A stretch of DNA of 64,000 nt from an uncultured Gemmatimonadota bacterium. Its GTDB lineage: Bacteria; GCA-2686955. Made by a program: the position numbers and the translations under genes. This document shows, piece by piece, positions 1-9,383 of this stretch; position 1 is the stretch's first letter; each line of letters starts with the position of its first letter. The notes beneath the pieces are model-generated. The model had not been told where the DNA came from and searched no databases. It was given only the letters and a program-made list of their open reading frames with translations. The stretch lies in assembly GCA_964490075.1 (NCBI GenBank), contig CAZBBK010000002.1, positions 50,105 to 114,104 on the forward strand, in the 5' to 3' direction.

Positions 1-46
1 CGGGCACCGGGGCTCAAGGAGCGCGAGAAGATGTGGAGGTTCGCGC

Positions 47-1246
47 ATGCGCTGGCCGGATGAGCGGGGCTGGTTCGGAGAGTTCGGCGGGCGCTTTGTG
101 CCCGAAACGCTGGTGCCGGCCTGCGAAGAGCTGGAGCGGGAGTGGCGGCGCTCGGCCGGCGATGCCGACTTCCAGGCCGAGCTCTCGACCTGCCTGCGCG
201 AGTACGTCGGGCGCCCGACGCCGCTGACGCCGGCGCGGCGCCTGGGGGACGCGCTGGGCGGCCGGGCGCTCTACTTGAAGCGCGAGGACCTGAATCACAC
301 CGGCTCGCACAAGATCAACAACACCGTCGGCCAGGCGCTGCTGGCGCGGCGCATGGGCAAGAAGCGGATCATCGCCGAGACCGGCGCCGGGCAGCACGGG
401 GTCGCCACCGCCACGGTCTGTGCGCTGCTGGGGCTGGAGTGCGTGGTCTACATGGGCCAGGAGGACGCCCGCCGCCAGGCGCTGAATCTCTTTCGCATGC
501 GCCTCCTGGGGGCGAGAGTGGTGGCGGTCGAATCGGGAACCCGCACCCTGAAGGACGCCACCAGCGAGGCGATTCGCGACTGGGTGACCAACGTCGAGAG
601 CACCCACTACATCATCGGTTCGGTGGTGGGACCGCACCCCTATCCGGCCATGGTGCGCGACTTCCAGCGCGTCATCGGCGTCGAGACGCGGCGTCAAATC
701 CTCGCGGCCGAGGGCGCGCTGCCGGCACTGGTGGCGGCCTGCGTGGGCGGCGGATCGAACGCGATCGGCATCTTCTCCGCGTTCGTCGATGACGCGAAAA
801 CGCGCCTGGTCGGGGTCGAGGCGGCCGGGGAAGGGCTCGATACGACGCGTCATGCGGCGTCGATCGGCCGCGGCGCGGCGGGTGTGCTGCACGGCAGCCG
901 CTCGCTCCTGATCCAGGACCAGGAGGGCCAGGTGGCGCCGGTGCACTCGATCTCGGCGGGGCTCGATTACCCGGGAGTCGGCCCAGAGCATGCCGCGCTG
1001 GCCGCGTGCGGGCGGGCGCGTTACGAAGCGGTGAGCGACTCCGAGGCGCTCGCGGCCTTTCGACGCGTGGGCGAGCTGGAGGGGATCCTGCCGGCCCTGG
1101 AGACCGCGCACGCCTTCGCCTGGCTCTTCCGGGCTCGCGACGAGCTGCCCGAAGACGGACCGATCGTGGTCAATGTCTCCGGGCGGGGCGACAAGGATGT
1201 GGCGGAGATCGAGAAGCTCCTGGAGGAGGGGGAGGACGCGTCATGA
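47..1246 (+). CDS. trpB: tryptophan synthase beta chain
   Basis: N-term [13 protein letters not shown] and the PLP-lysine motif GSHKINN; 399 aa; GGAGG RBS 7 nt upstream; stop overlaps the next start (ATGA). Confidence 0.93.
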   Translation: MRWPDERGWFGEFGGRFVPETLVPACEELEREWRRSAGDADFQAELSTCLREYVGRPTPLTPARRLGDALGGRALYLKREDLNHTGSHKINNTVGQALLARRMGKKRIIAETGAGQHGVATATVCALLGLECVVYMGQEDARRQALNLFRMRLLGARVVAVESGTRTLKDATSEAIRDWVTNVESTHYIIGSVVGPHPYPAMVRDFQRVIGVETRRQILAAEGALPALVAACVGGGSNAIGIFSAFVDDAKTRLVGVEAAGEGLDTTRHAASIGRGAAGVLHGSRSLLIQDQEGQVAPVHSISAGLDYPGVGPEHAALAACGRARYEAVSDSEALAAFRRVGELEGILPALETAHAFAWLFRARDELPEDGPIVVNVSGRGDKDVAEIEKLLEEGEDAS

Positions 1247-2043
1247 GCCTGGCCGGGCGCTTCGAGCGGATTCATGACGCGGGGCGCGCCGCCTTCTGCC
1301 CCTATTTCGCGGTCGGCTACCCGACGCTCGAGCTCTCCAGCCGGCTGGTGGCGCGGGCCTCCGCGGGCGGGGCCGATGTGATCGAAGTGGGGGTGCCCTT
1401 CAGCGATCCCTTGGCCGACGGGCCGACGATTCAGGCGGCGACGCAGCAGGCCCTGGCAGCTGGGACGCGCCTCGATGACGCGTTCGACCTGGCACGGGCG
1501 ATCCGCGCCGCCGGCGACGCGGCCCCGGTGCTGATGAGCTACTACAACCCGATCCACCGCCGCGGACTGGAGCGCTTCGTCGAGCAGGCGGCCGCCGCCG
1601 GAGCCGCGGGACTGATCGTGCCCGATCTGCCCCACGAGGAGAGCGGTCCCTTGCGCGCGCTGCTGCTCGGGAGCGGCATCGAGCTGGTGCCGCTGATTGC
1701 GCCGACCACGCCGCCCGGACGCATCGGCGAGATCGCCCATCAGGCGTGCGGCTTCCTCTACTTGGTGGCAGTGACCGGAGTGACCGGCGCCCGGGCGCGC
1801 GTCGAGGAGGGGCTCGAGGCCTATGTGGCCAGAGTGCGGGCCGAGACCGATCTGCCCCTCTGTGTCGGCTTCGGCATCTCCACGCCCGAGCAGGCGCGGG
1901 CAGTGGCGCGGCTCGCCGACGGCTTCATCGTCGGGAGCGCGCTGGTGGCGCGCATCGGCGCCGCCTGGGAGCAGGGCGAGCAGGCCTGCCTCGAGGCCCT
2001 CGACGCGGAGCTCTGCGCCTACCTGGAAGCGAGCCGGCGATGA
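1243..2043 (+). CDS. trpA: tryptophan synthase alpha chain
   Basis: internal ATG at 1243 of the 1006..2043 ORF; [27 protein letters not shown]...[15 protein letters not shown] typical TrpA; ATGA overlap with trpB stop and with the aroA start. Confidence 0.88.
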   Translation: MSLAGRFERIHDAGRAAFCPYFAVGYPTLELSSRLVARASAGGADVIEVGVPFSDPLADGPTIQAATQQALAAGTRLDDAFDLARAIRAAGDAAPVLMSYYNPIHRRGLERFVEQAAAAGAAGLIVPDLPHEESGPLRALLLGSGIELVPLIAPTTPPGRIGEIAHQACGFLYLVAVTGVTGARARVEEGLEAYVARVRAETDLPLCVGFGISTPEQARAVARLADGFIVGSALVARIGAAWEQGEQACLEALDAELCAYLEASRR

Positions 2044-3338
2044 GCGCTGCGCTGCGCGTCGAGGGGCGCGCTCCTTTCGTCGCCGGAAGCGCGGTGCCGG
2101 GAGACAAGTCGATCACCCATCGGGCCTTCCTGCTCTCGGCTCTGGCCGCGCGGCCGGTGCGGATCGAAGGGGCCCTGCGGGCGGCCGATACGCGCTCGAG
2201 CCTGGCCGCCATCGAGGCGCTGGGCAGCGCGGTGCGGCAGGGCGCGAGTGGCGTGGTGGAGATCGCGCCCGCGCCTTGGCGACCGCCGGCGGATGCCATC
2301 GACTGCGGCAATTCCGGCACCACGATGCGACTCCTGAGCGGGCTGCTGGCCGCCACTCCCGGCGAGGTGGTGCTGACCGGCGACGAGTCGCTCAGGCGCC
2401 GGCCGATGCGACGCATCACCCGCCCTCTGGAGCAGATGGGCGCGAGCATCGAGAGCCACGCCGGATGCGCCCCTCTGCGCGTGCGCGGCGGGCCCCTGCG
2501 CGAGGGCACTCGCCATCGCCTCGAGGTGGCATCGGCGCAGGTCAAGTCGGCGATTCTCCTGGCCGCGCTGCGCGCCGGAGTGGGGGTGGCGCTGCACGAG
2601 CCGGGACCGGCCCGCGACCACACCGAGCGCATGTTGGCGGCGGCCGGGCGCGCGGTGCGGCGGAACAACGATGGCTGGTTGGAGCTCGATGCGGGCCCCG
2701 CCACCCTGGCGCTGCCCGCCACCCTGGTGGTGCCGGGCGATCTCTCGTCGGCGGCCTTTCTCTTCGTGGCCGCGGCGATCACCGCGGGGCGGGTTCGGGT
2801 GCCGGGCGTGGGGATCAATCCCACCCGCGCCGGAGTGCTCGAGGCGCTGCGCCGGGCCGGGGCGCGGGTCGTGGTCGAAGCGGCCGGCGAGATGGCCGGA
2901 GAGCCGGTGGCGACGGTCACGGTCGAAGGGGGGGAGCTGCGCCCCTTCGAGCTCGCCGGGGACGAGGTGGTGCGCTCGATCGACGAGCTGCCCGCGCTGG
3001 CGGTGCTGGCCGCGGTCGCGCCGGGCTGCTCGGAGATCCGCGACGCGGCCGAGCTGCGCGTCAAAGAGAGCGATCGGATCGCCGGCATCTGCGCCGGGCT
3101 GAGCGCCTTCGGGGCGGCGATCGAGGAGCGTCCCGACGGGTTCGTGGTGCGGGGTGGGAGAAAGCTGCGCGGTGCGACCGTCGATCCGCGCGGCGACCAC
3201 CGGCTGGCCATGGCCTTCGCGGTGGCGGGATTGGCGGCCCGGGGAGAGACTCATGTGCGGGACGCGGAGTGCATCGATGTCTCCTTTCCCGGCTTCGGAG
3301 AGCGGGTCGGCGCCGTGACGCAAGAGGGGGAGCGATGA
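2040..3338 (+). CDS. aroA: 3-phosphoshikimate 1-carboxyvinyltransferase (EPSP synthase)
   Basis: start ATG 2040 (MSAALRVEG...); VPGDKSITHRAFLLSALA and DCGNSGTTMRLLSG motifs; about 432 aa. Confidence 0.88.
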   Translation: MSAALRVEGRAPFVAGSAVPGDKSITHRAFLLSALAARPVRIEGALRAADTRSSLAAIEALGSAVRQGASGVVEIAPAPWRPPADAIDCGNSGTTMRLLSGLLAATPGEVVLTGDESLRRRPMRRITRPLEQMGASIESHAGCAPLRVRGGPLREGTRHRLEVASAQVKSAILLAALRAGVGVALHEPGPARDHTERMLAAAGRAVRRNNDGWLELDAGPATLALPATLVVPGDLSSAAFLFVAAAITAGRVRVPGVGINPTRAGVLEALRRAGARVVVEAAGEMAGEPVATVTVEGGELRPFELAGDEVVRSIDELPALAVLAAVAPGCSEIRDAAELRVKESDRIAGICAGLSAFGAAIEERPDGFVVRGGRKLRGATVDPRGDHRLAMAFAVAGLAARGETHVRDAECIDVSFPGFGERVGAVTQEGER

Positions 3339-4240
3339 GCGCACCTCTGGCCCTCGGCGTTCTGGGCGATCCGATCGCGCACTCCCTCTCGCCGGCGCTG
3401 CACGCCACGATGATCCGCCACTGGGGGCTCGACGCGATCTACCTGCCCTTCCGGGTGGCGCCCGAAGGCCTGGCCGGCGCCCTGGGCGGAGTGCGCGCGC
3501 TCGGCATCCGAGGCGTCAACCTCACCTTGCCGCACAAGGTGGCCGCGGCCGCCCTGGTCGATCGGCTGGAGGGCGACGCGCGAATCCTGGAGGCGGTCAA
3601 TACCGTGCGTCTGGAGGCCGATTCCACGCTCGGCGGCCACAACACCGATGCCCGCGGACTGGAGCTGGCGCTGCGCCACGCCCCGGGCGGCCCGTGCGCC
3701 AACCAGCCGAAGCGCGGCCCCGGAGCCGCGCTGATCCTCGGTGCCGGGGGAGCGGCGCGGGCCGCGGTCCTGGCTCTGGCGCGGCTGCGTTTCGACCCGA
3801 TCGCCCTCGCCGCCCGACGGACCGAGCAGGCCGAGGAGCTGTGCCGCGCTTTGCGCGCTGCACTCCCGCCCGGCACCTCGCTGCTGCCGGCGCTCCTGCA
3901 GTCGGAGCCGCTGCGCTCATCCCTGCAAAATCTGGGAGAGCCGGCGCTGATCGTGCAGGCAACCCCCTGCGGAGTCGGCAGACAGGCGGAGGAGGACCCC
4001 TGGCCGGCCGGGCTGCCCCTGCCGGCGGACGCCGCCTGCCTCGACCTGGTCTACCGGAGCGAGCCGAGCCCCTTCTTGCGCCGGGCGGCCGGCCGCTGGT
4101 GCGCCGACGGTCTGGCGATGCTGGTCTGGCAGGGCGCACTGGCGCTGCGCATCTTCTGCGGCGCGCCCCTTCCCCCGGCGCAGCAGGCGCGCGCCTGGGA
4201 GCAGGCGCTGCGCGCGCAGCGCTCGACGGAGGACGCCTGA
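3335..4240 (+). CDS. aroE: shikimate dehydrogenase
   Basis: MSAPLALGVLGDPIAHSLSPALH...GVNLTLPHK...NTD; internal start in the 1823..4240 frame; ATGA overlap with aroA. Confidence 0.85.
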   Translation: MSAPLALGVLGDPIAHSLSPALHATMIRHWGLDAIYLPFRVAPEGLAGALGGVRALGIRGVNLTLPHKVAAAALVDRLEGDARILEAVNTVRLEADSTLGGHNTDARGLELALRHAPGGPCANQPKRGPGAALILGAGGAARAAVLALARLRFDPIALAARRTEQAEELCRALRAALPPGTSLLPALLQSEPLRSSLQNLGEPALIVQATPCGVGRQAEEDPWPAGLPLPADAACLDLVYRSEPSPFLRRAAGRWCADGLAMLVWQGALALRIFCGAPLPPAQQARAWEQALRAQRSTEDA

Positions 4241-5889
4241 TGCGAGTGCTGATCGGCGGCTTCATGGGCAGCGGCAAGACCGTCGTAGGTCGTGCCCTGG
4301 CAGGGGCTCTGGGGACGGAGTTCATCGATCTCGACGAGCGGATCGAGGCGGCGGCGGGCGCCCCGATTCGAAGCCTCTTCGAGAGCCGCGGCGAGGCGGC
4401 CTTCCGCGCCCTGGAGCGCGAGCAGCTGACCCGCATTCTGGCCCGCCCCGGCCCCTTGGTGCTGGCCACCGGCGGCGGCGCGCTGCTCGACCCCCGGAGC
4501 GCCGCGTTGGCGCTGGCCGAATGCCACGTCTTTCGTCTGAGCGCCTCGCCAGCCGAGCTGGCCCGCCGCCTCTCCGGCTCCTCGGAGCGGCCGCTGCTGG
4601 ACCGCCCGCCCGGCGAGGACCTCGAGCAACACATCGCCGCCCTGGCCGCGGCCCGCGAATCGGCCTACCGCCGCTGCGGCATCTCGCTCAGCACCGAGGG
4701 GCGCACGCCGGCCGAAGTGGTGACGCTGCTCCGGGCCTTCCTCGGTCTGGCGCCCTTGCCGGTCGAGCACGGACCGGGCCGCCGCTATCAGGTGATCGCC
4801 GAGCCCGCCGCGCTCGACAAGCTCGGTTCGCTGCTGCGCCAGGCCTGGAAACACGGCGACGGCATCCTGGGCCGCGGACTGCCGCTGCCGCCCGGGGCGC
4901 CGGTGGTGGTGATCGCCGACCGCCGCGCCTGGAAGCTGCACGGCGAACGGCTCGAAGCGGCGCTGCGCGCCGTCGATCTGCGGCCGATGGTGCGCCCGGT
5001 GGCGGGCGGCGAACGCAGCAAATCGCGCGCGATGCTGGCCCGGATCCAGGACTTCCTGCTCGAGCGCGGCGTCGAGCGCGGCACGCCGGTGGTCGCCTTC
5101 GGCGGAGGCGTGATCGGCGATCTGGCGGGCTTCGCGGCGGCCACGGTGCTGCGCGGGTTGCCGGTGGTGCAGGTCCCAACCACCCTGCTGGCCCAGGTCG
5201 ACTCGTCGATCGGGGGAAAGGTGGCGGTCGATCATCCGCGCGGCAAGAACCTGTTGGGCGCCTTCCATCCGCCCAGCCTGGTGGTGGCTGATCCGGAGCT
5301 GCTCGCCACGCTGCCGCCGCGCGAGCGACGCTGCGGCCTGGCGGAGATCGTCAAGATGGCCCTGCTCGGCTCGCCGGGGCTTTTCGGGGCGCTCGAGGCG
5401 GCCGGAGGCGAGCCCGGCCCCGAGCTGCTGGGTCGGGCGATCCGCGAATCGATCGCCCTGAAGGCGGAGGTGGTGCGCGCCGATCCCGAGGAGGCCGGGA
5501 TGCGCCGAATCCTGAACCTCGGGCACACCCTGGGACACGCCATCGAACGCTGCAGCGAGTCCTGGCGCGCGTCGCACGGCGAGGCGGTGGCGGTCGGGCT
5601 GATCGGGGCGCTGCGCCTCGGTGCGCGCACGGGGCTCACCCCCGCGGCCCTCGATGCTAGAGTCGGCGCCTGTCTGCGGGCGCTGGGGCTGCCGGTGACC
5701 GTGCCCAACCTGCGGCCGGAGGCGATCGTCGCCGCACTGGCCCTCGACAAGAAGCGAAGCGAGGGGCGCATCGCCTGGGTGCTGCTGCGCGAGCTCGGCG
5801 AGCCGGCGATCAGATCCGATGTCCGCGCGCAGGATGTCGCCGCCGTCGCCGCCGACCTGACCGGCACCGAGGAGAAGGGCGCCTCATGA
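4240..5889 (+). CDS. aroKB: bifunctional shikimate kinase / 3-dehydroquinate synthase (AroK-AroB fusion)
   Basis: ATG 4240 overlapping the aroE TGA; N-terminal P-loop GFMGSGKTVVGRALA (shikimate kinase) runs through a short linker into DHQ synthase (GGGVIGDLAGFAAATVLRG...VDSSIGGKVAV...NLGHTLGHAIE) with no stop between them; about 549 aa. Confidence 0.85.
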   Translation: MRVLIGGFMGSGKTVVGRALAGALGTEFIDLDERIEAAAGAPIRSLFESRGEAAFRALEREQLTRILARPGPLVLATGGGALLDPRSAALALAECHVFRLSASPAELARRLSGSSERPLLDRPPGEDLEQHIAALAAARESAYRRCGISLSTEGRTPAEVVTLLRAFLGLAPLPVEHGPGRRYQVIAEPAALDKLGSLLRQAWKHGDGILGRGLPLPPGAPVVVIADRRAWKLHGERLEAALRAVDLRPMVRPVAGGERSKSRAMLARIQDFLLERGVERGTPVVAFGGGVIGDLAGFAAATVLRGLPVVQVPTTLLAQVDSSIGGKVAVDHPRGKNLLGAFHPPSLVVADPELLATLPPRERRCGLAEIVKMALLGSPGLFGALEAAGGEPGPELLGRAIRESIALKAEVVRADPEEAGMRRILNLGHTLGHAIERCSESWRASHGEAVAVGLIGALRLGARTGLTPAALDARVGACLRALGLPVTVPNLRPEAIVAALALDKKRSEGRIAWVLLRELGEPAIRSDVRAQDVAAVAADLTGTEEKGAS

Positions 5890-6368
5890 CCGCGAAACGC
5901 AAGATCCTGGTCCTGAACGGACCCAATCTCGACCTCCTGGGGAAGCGAGAGCCGGAGATCTACGGCACGCTGAGCCTGGCGGATATCGAGAACAAGATCG
6001 AAGCGCACGCCCGCGCCCGAAGCGCCGCGGTCGAGTGCCGCCAGTCCAATCACTCGGGGCAGCTGATCGAGTGGCTCCACGAGGTCGAGGGGGTACTGGG
6101 AGTCGTGCTCAACGCCGGTGGACTGACCCATTTCGACGTGGCGCTGCGCGACGCGGTGGCCGCGCTGGAGCGACCGCTGGTCGAGGTGCACATCTCCAAC
6201 ATCCACGCCCGCGAGCGCTTTCGACGACGCTCGCTGATCGCGGCGGTCGCCGTTGCCCAGATCTCCGGGCTCGGCTGGCGCGGCTACCTGTCCGCGGTCG
6301 ATTTCCTGATCGACGAGTTCGGCGCCAAGAGCGACCTCGGATTCCGCGCGGGGGCGGCGCCCTCGTGA
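5886..6368 (+). CDS. aroQ: type II 3-dehydroquinate dehydratase
   Basis: KILVLNGPNLDLLGKREPEIYG...HISNIHAREXFR signature; 160 aa; ATGA overlap with the upstream gene. Confidence 0.9.
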   Translation: MTAKRKILVLNGPNLDLLGKREPEIYGTLSLADIENKIEAHARARSAAVECRQSNHSGQLIEWLHEVEGVLGVVLNAGGLTHFDVALRDAVAALERPLVEVHISNIHARERFRRRSLIAAVAVAQISGLGWRGYLSAVDFLIDEFGAKSDLGFRAGAAPS

Positions 6369-7243
6369 GCGCCGAGGAGCGCTCTTCGAACGAGCACCCC
6401 CCGGGCCGCTTCGCCTCGCTGGCGCCCCGCGCGGGGGTGGCGGTGGTGCTGGTCCCGATCCTGATCTGGGCCGGCATCCGCGCCTCGTGGGAGATCTGGC
6501 TGATCGTCAACCTCAGCTTCGCAATCGCGATCGGCGAGTGGCGAGGCCTGGCCCGTGCGCGCGGCCGCCGCATTCCACTGCCGCTCTTCGCCGCGGCGGT
6601 GCTGCTGGCGGTCAACACCGGGTTCTGTCCCGATCCCGCCGCGCCGCTCTTCGCCCTGACGCTGGCGCTGATGCTGCTCGCGATCGAACGCACCTTGCGG
6701 CCGCCGGTGGAGGGGATGGCGGCCGATCTCGGCACCACTTTGACCGGCCTCCTCTACCTGGGCCTGCTCGGCTCCTTCATCCCCAAGCTGCTGCTGATCA
6801 CGGTCCCCGGACACCCGTCACCATCTTATATGTCAATTGGCTCTGCCTCTTTCTTCATCCTCTTCATCACCACCTGGGCGACCGATACGGCGGCCTACTT
6901 CTCCGGCCTGCTGCTGGGCCGGCACGCGCTCTTCCCCGCGGTCAGCCCCAAGAAGACGGTGGAGGGACTGGTGGGCGGGGTGCTGGGGGCGGCGTTGGCC
7001 GGATGGATCGCGTCGCAGAGCTTCGCCCCCTTCCTGCGGCCCTGGGACGGCATCGGCCTGGGCGCGGCCCTGGCCTTGATCGGGCAGCTCGGCGACCTGG
7101 TCGAGAGCTCGCTGAAGCGCGATGCGGGGGTGAAGGACGCGTCCAGCATTCTGCCGGGACACGGCGGGATGCTCGATCGCCTCGACTCGTTGCTCTTCAC
7201 CGCCCCCTGCGCCTATCTCTATCTGCGCATCGTGCTCGGGTGA
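6365..7243 (+). CDS. cdsA: phosphatidate cytidylyltransferase
   Basis: GTG 6365 overlapping the aroQ stop; multi-TM protein; C-terminal KRDAGVKDASSILPGHGGMLDRLDSLLF CdsA signature; start codon uncertain. Confidence 0.78.
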   Translation: MSAEERSSNEHPPGRFASLAPRAGVAVVLVPILIWAGIRASWEIWLIVNLSFAIAIGEWRGLARARGRRIPLPLFAAAVLLAVNTGFCPDPAAPLFALTLALMLLAIERTLRPPVEGMAADLGTTLTGLLYLGLLGSFIPKLLLITVPGHPSPSYMSIGSASFFILFITTWATDTAAYFSGLLLGRHALFPAVSPKKTVEGLVGGVLGAALAGWIASQSFAPFLRPWDGIGLGAALALIGQLGDLVESSLKRDAGVKDASSILPGHGGMLDRLDSLLFTAPCAYLYLRIVLG

Positions 7244-7301
7244 ATCTGCCGATGTCAATGAAAGACAACTACTTCCGGCGTTCTCAGCGATCCCGCCGAG
7301 C

Positions 7302-7330
7302 TTGCTCTCGCAGGCGGCCGCCCCTATATT
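7302..7330 (+). promoter_or_regulatory. sigma70-like promoter candidate upstream of rseP (TTGCTC - 17 nt - TATATT)
   Basis: sits in the only AT-richer 120 bp gap of the plus-strand array, about 35 nt upstream of the rseP ATG; GTGAGGA RBS follows. Confidence 0.35.
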
Positions 7331-7363
7331 GCTCTGCGCACCGTGACACCGCCGTGAGGACCC

Positions 7364-8728
7364 ATGGCTGACCTCTTCGCACCCGGCCTGAGCTTCGTCG
7401 AGGACGCGCTCGTCTTCATCCTCAGCCTGGGCCTGATGATTTTCTTCCACGAGCTTGGCCACTTCGCCGTCGCCAAGTGGTGTGACGTGCGCGTGCGGAC
7501 TTTCTCGATCGGGATGGGACGCAAGATCCTGCGCTACCAGCCGGGGGAGACCGAGTACGCGATCAGCGCCATCCCTTTCGGCGGCTACGTCAAGATGTCG
7601 GGCGAAACGCCCGAGGATCTGCGCGGCGGCGACGGGCGCGATTTCGCCTCGAAAGGGCTCGCCGCGCGCGCGGCCATCGTGCTCGCCGGTCCGGCCATGA
7701 ACGTGGTCCTGGCCTTCGTGATCCACTATGGCCTCTGCCTCGCGTTGGGAATCGAGGGGCCGCGCCCGGTCGGGATCCAGATGGTTCAGCCCGGATCGGC
7801 CGCCTTCGATGCCGGCCTGCAGGTGGGCGATCGCATCGCGCGCATCGACGGCGTGGAGATGGGATCGCCGCTGGACGTCGTCGAGGCGGTGCGCGGCGGC
7901 CCTCGGGGCGCGGCGTTGGCGCTGGAGATCGCGCGCGAGGACCAACATTTGAGCCTGCGCGTGACGCCGCGATTCGACGACTCTCTGGGCGTGCCCTTGC
8001 TCGGCGTGCGCACTCAGGCGATCCTGGAGCCGGTGGTCGGTTCGGTGAAGCGCGGAGGCACGGGCGAGGAAGCCGGTTTCCGCGAAGGGGATCGAGTGCT
8101 AACGGTGGCCGACGACCCGGTCGAGTGCTGGCGCGATGTGCAGGTGGCACTCTCCGACGCCATCGATCGCGAGATCGAGGTCGCGGTGCTGCGCGCGGGG
8201 GAGCGACACCCGCTGACCCTGATGCCCACGACCAACCCATTGGCACCGGAACGTCCCGACGGCACGCCGCTGGCCGATGTCGGGATGGTGCCGCAGGAGC
8301 TGCGCATCCAGGTGTCGTGGATCGGCGCGCTCGATGCGGCGCTGGTCGCCACCTGGCACGACAGCGTCTACCTCTTGGAGAGCCTGCGCCAGATCCTGAC
8401 CTTCCAGGTCGGCCGCGAAAGCGTCGCGGGACCGGTCGGGATCGCCACCGTGATCGCCGAGACCTACGCCTACGGGTTCGATCGGTTGCTCCGTCTGGTG
8501 GCCCTGATCAGCGTCAACCTGGCGGTGATCAACCTCTTTCCCTTCCCGGTGCTGGACGGCGGGCAACTGGTCTTCTTCACCATCGAAGCGGTGACGCGGC
8601 GCCCTCTGAACGAGCGGGTGATGATCATCGCCAATCAGATCGGAGTCGTGGTGCTGCTCCTGCTCTTCGTCTTCCTGACCCTCAACGACATCGATCGGAT
8701 TCTGCCCTTCTCGATCCTCGGGGGCTAG
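7364..8728 (+). CDS. rseP: RIP site-2 zinc metalloprotease (M50, RseP-like) with PDZ domains
   Basis: HELGHF zinc motif in TM1, PDZ region, and LDGG motif (NLFPFPVLDGGQLVFF); 454 aa. Confidence 0.88.
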   Translation: MADLFAPGLSFVEDALVFILSLGLMIFFHELGHFAVAKWCDVRVRTFSIGMGRKILRYQPGETEYAISAIPFGGYVKMSGETPEDLRGGDGRDFASKGLAARAAIVLAGPAMNVVLAFVIHYGLCLALGIEGPRPVGIQMVQPGSAAFDAGLQVGDRIARIDGVEMGSPLDVVEAVRGGPRGAALALEIAREDQHLSLRVTPRFDDSLGVPLLGVRTQAILEPVVGSVKRGGTGEEAGFREGDRVLTVADDPVECWRDVQVALSDAIDREIEVAVLRAGERHPLTLMPTTNPLAPERPDGTPLADVGMVPQELRIQVSWIGALDAALVATWHDSVYLLESLRQILTFQVGRESVAGPVGIATVIAETYAYGFDRLLRLVALISVNLAVINLFPFPVLDGGQLVFFTIEAVTRRPLNERVMIIANQIGVVVLLLLFVFLTLNDIDRILPFSILGG

Positions 8729-8734
8729 CGGACG

Positions 8735-9322
8735 ATGCGCATCATCGCTTCCTCGGCGCTGGTGGCCGCGATCGCGCTGGCCGGCTGCACCCCGGCGCCG
8801 CCGCTCGATCCGGACGATGGTGGTCCCCAGTCCTGGATCCTGACCCGCGCTTCGCATCCGACCGGTTTCGGGCGGTCCGACTGCTTCAGCGCCGGTTGCC
8901 ACGCCGAGGCCGGCTTTGGCTACGACGCCGGCTCCGACGAGCATCTGCTCCCCGAGCTCTCGTGCGTCGCCGGCGACTGCCACGGCGACAACGGCATTTT
9001 CGAGCAGAGCCTGGTCACCGGAAAGGTCTACGCCGACGCCGGCGGCGGCGAGGTGGAGCAGGGAATCGTGGTGATCGCCGAAGAGGCCGGCAATCCTCAG
9101 AACAGCGTGGAGGCCGCCCCCAGCGACAGCGACGGGCAGTTCAGCCTGGTGCTGCCGCAGATCGGCACTTACGACTTCGTGCTCCGCGACCGCAACGACG
9201 CCACCACTCGCTCGATCGACCACGGCATGAGCAGCCTGACGATCGGCGGCGACCCGGAGCGCTCCCTCGACTGCGGCGAGTGCCATGGACGCAGCGCCGG
9301 CTTCCTGGCGCCGGTCCGCTAG
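8735..9322 (+). CDS. lipoprotein with one CXXCH and two CX4CH motifs (possible c-type heme- or metal-binding lipoprotein)
   Basis: signal peptide plus lipobox LAGC; motifs CFSAGCH, CVAGDCH, CGECH; lies between rseP and the Omp85 gene. Confidence 0.55.
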   Translation: MRIIASSALVAAIALAGCTPAPPLDPDDGGPQSWILTRASHPTGFGRSDCFSAGCHAEAGFGYDAGSDEHLLPELSCVAGDCHGDNGIFEQSLVTGKVYADAGGGEVEQGIVVIAEEAGNPQNSVEAAPSDSDGQFSLVLPQIGTYDFVLRDRNDATTRSIDHGMSSLTIGGDPERSLDCGECHGRSAGFLAPVR

Positions 9323-9383
9323 GAGGCTGTTGCGCATAGGCTTTCGATTTCGATCGGTGGCTCCGAGGCCGTAGACTGGCGCC

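Noticed and set aside
1823-4240. 805-aa ORF spanning trpA-aroA-aroE in one frame, plus similar very long ORFs (e.g. 8099..9643-, 13688..15214-, 22931..24469-, 53123..54670-, 49207..51300+)
   Set aside because: Arg/Ala/Gly/Pro-rich translations with no domain signatures, lying antisense or out of frame to genes with clear family motifs. These are the expected stop-codon-poor artefacts of a ~70 percent GC genome.
3694-5889. 731-aa version of the aroKB ORF starting at 3694
   Set aside because: The first 182 codons overlap aroE in another frame and are low-complexity. The shikimate-kinase P-loop begins right after the ATG at 4240, which also overlaps the aroE stop.
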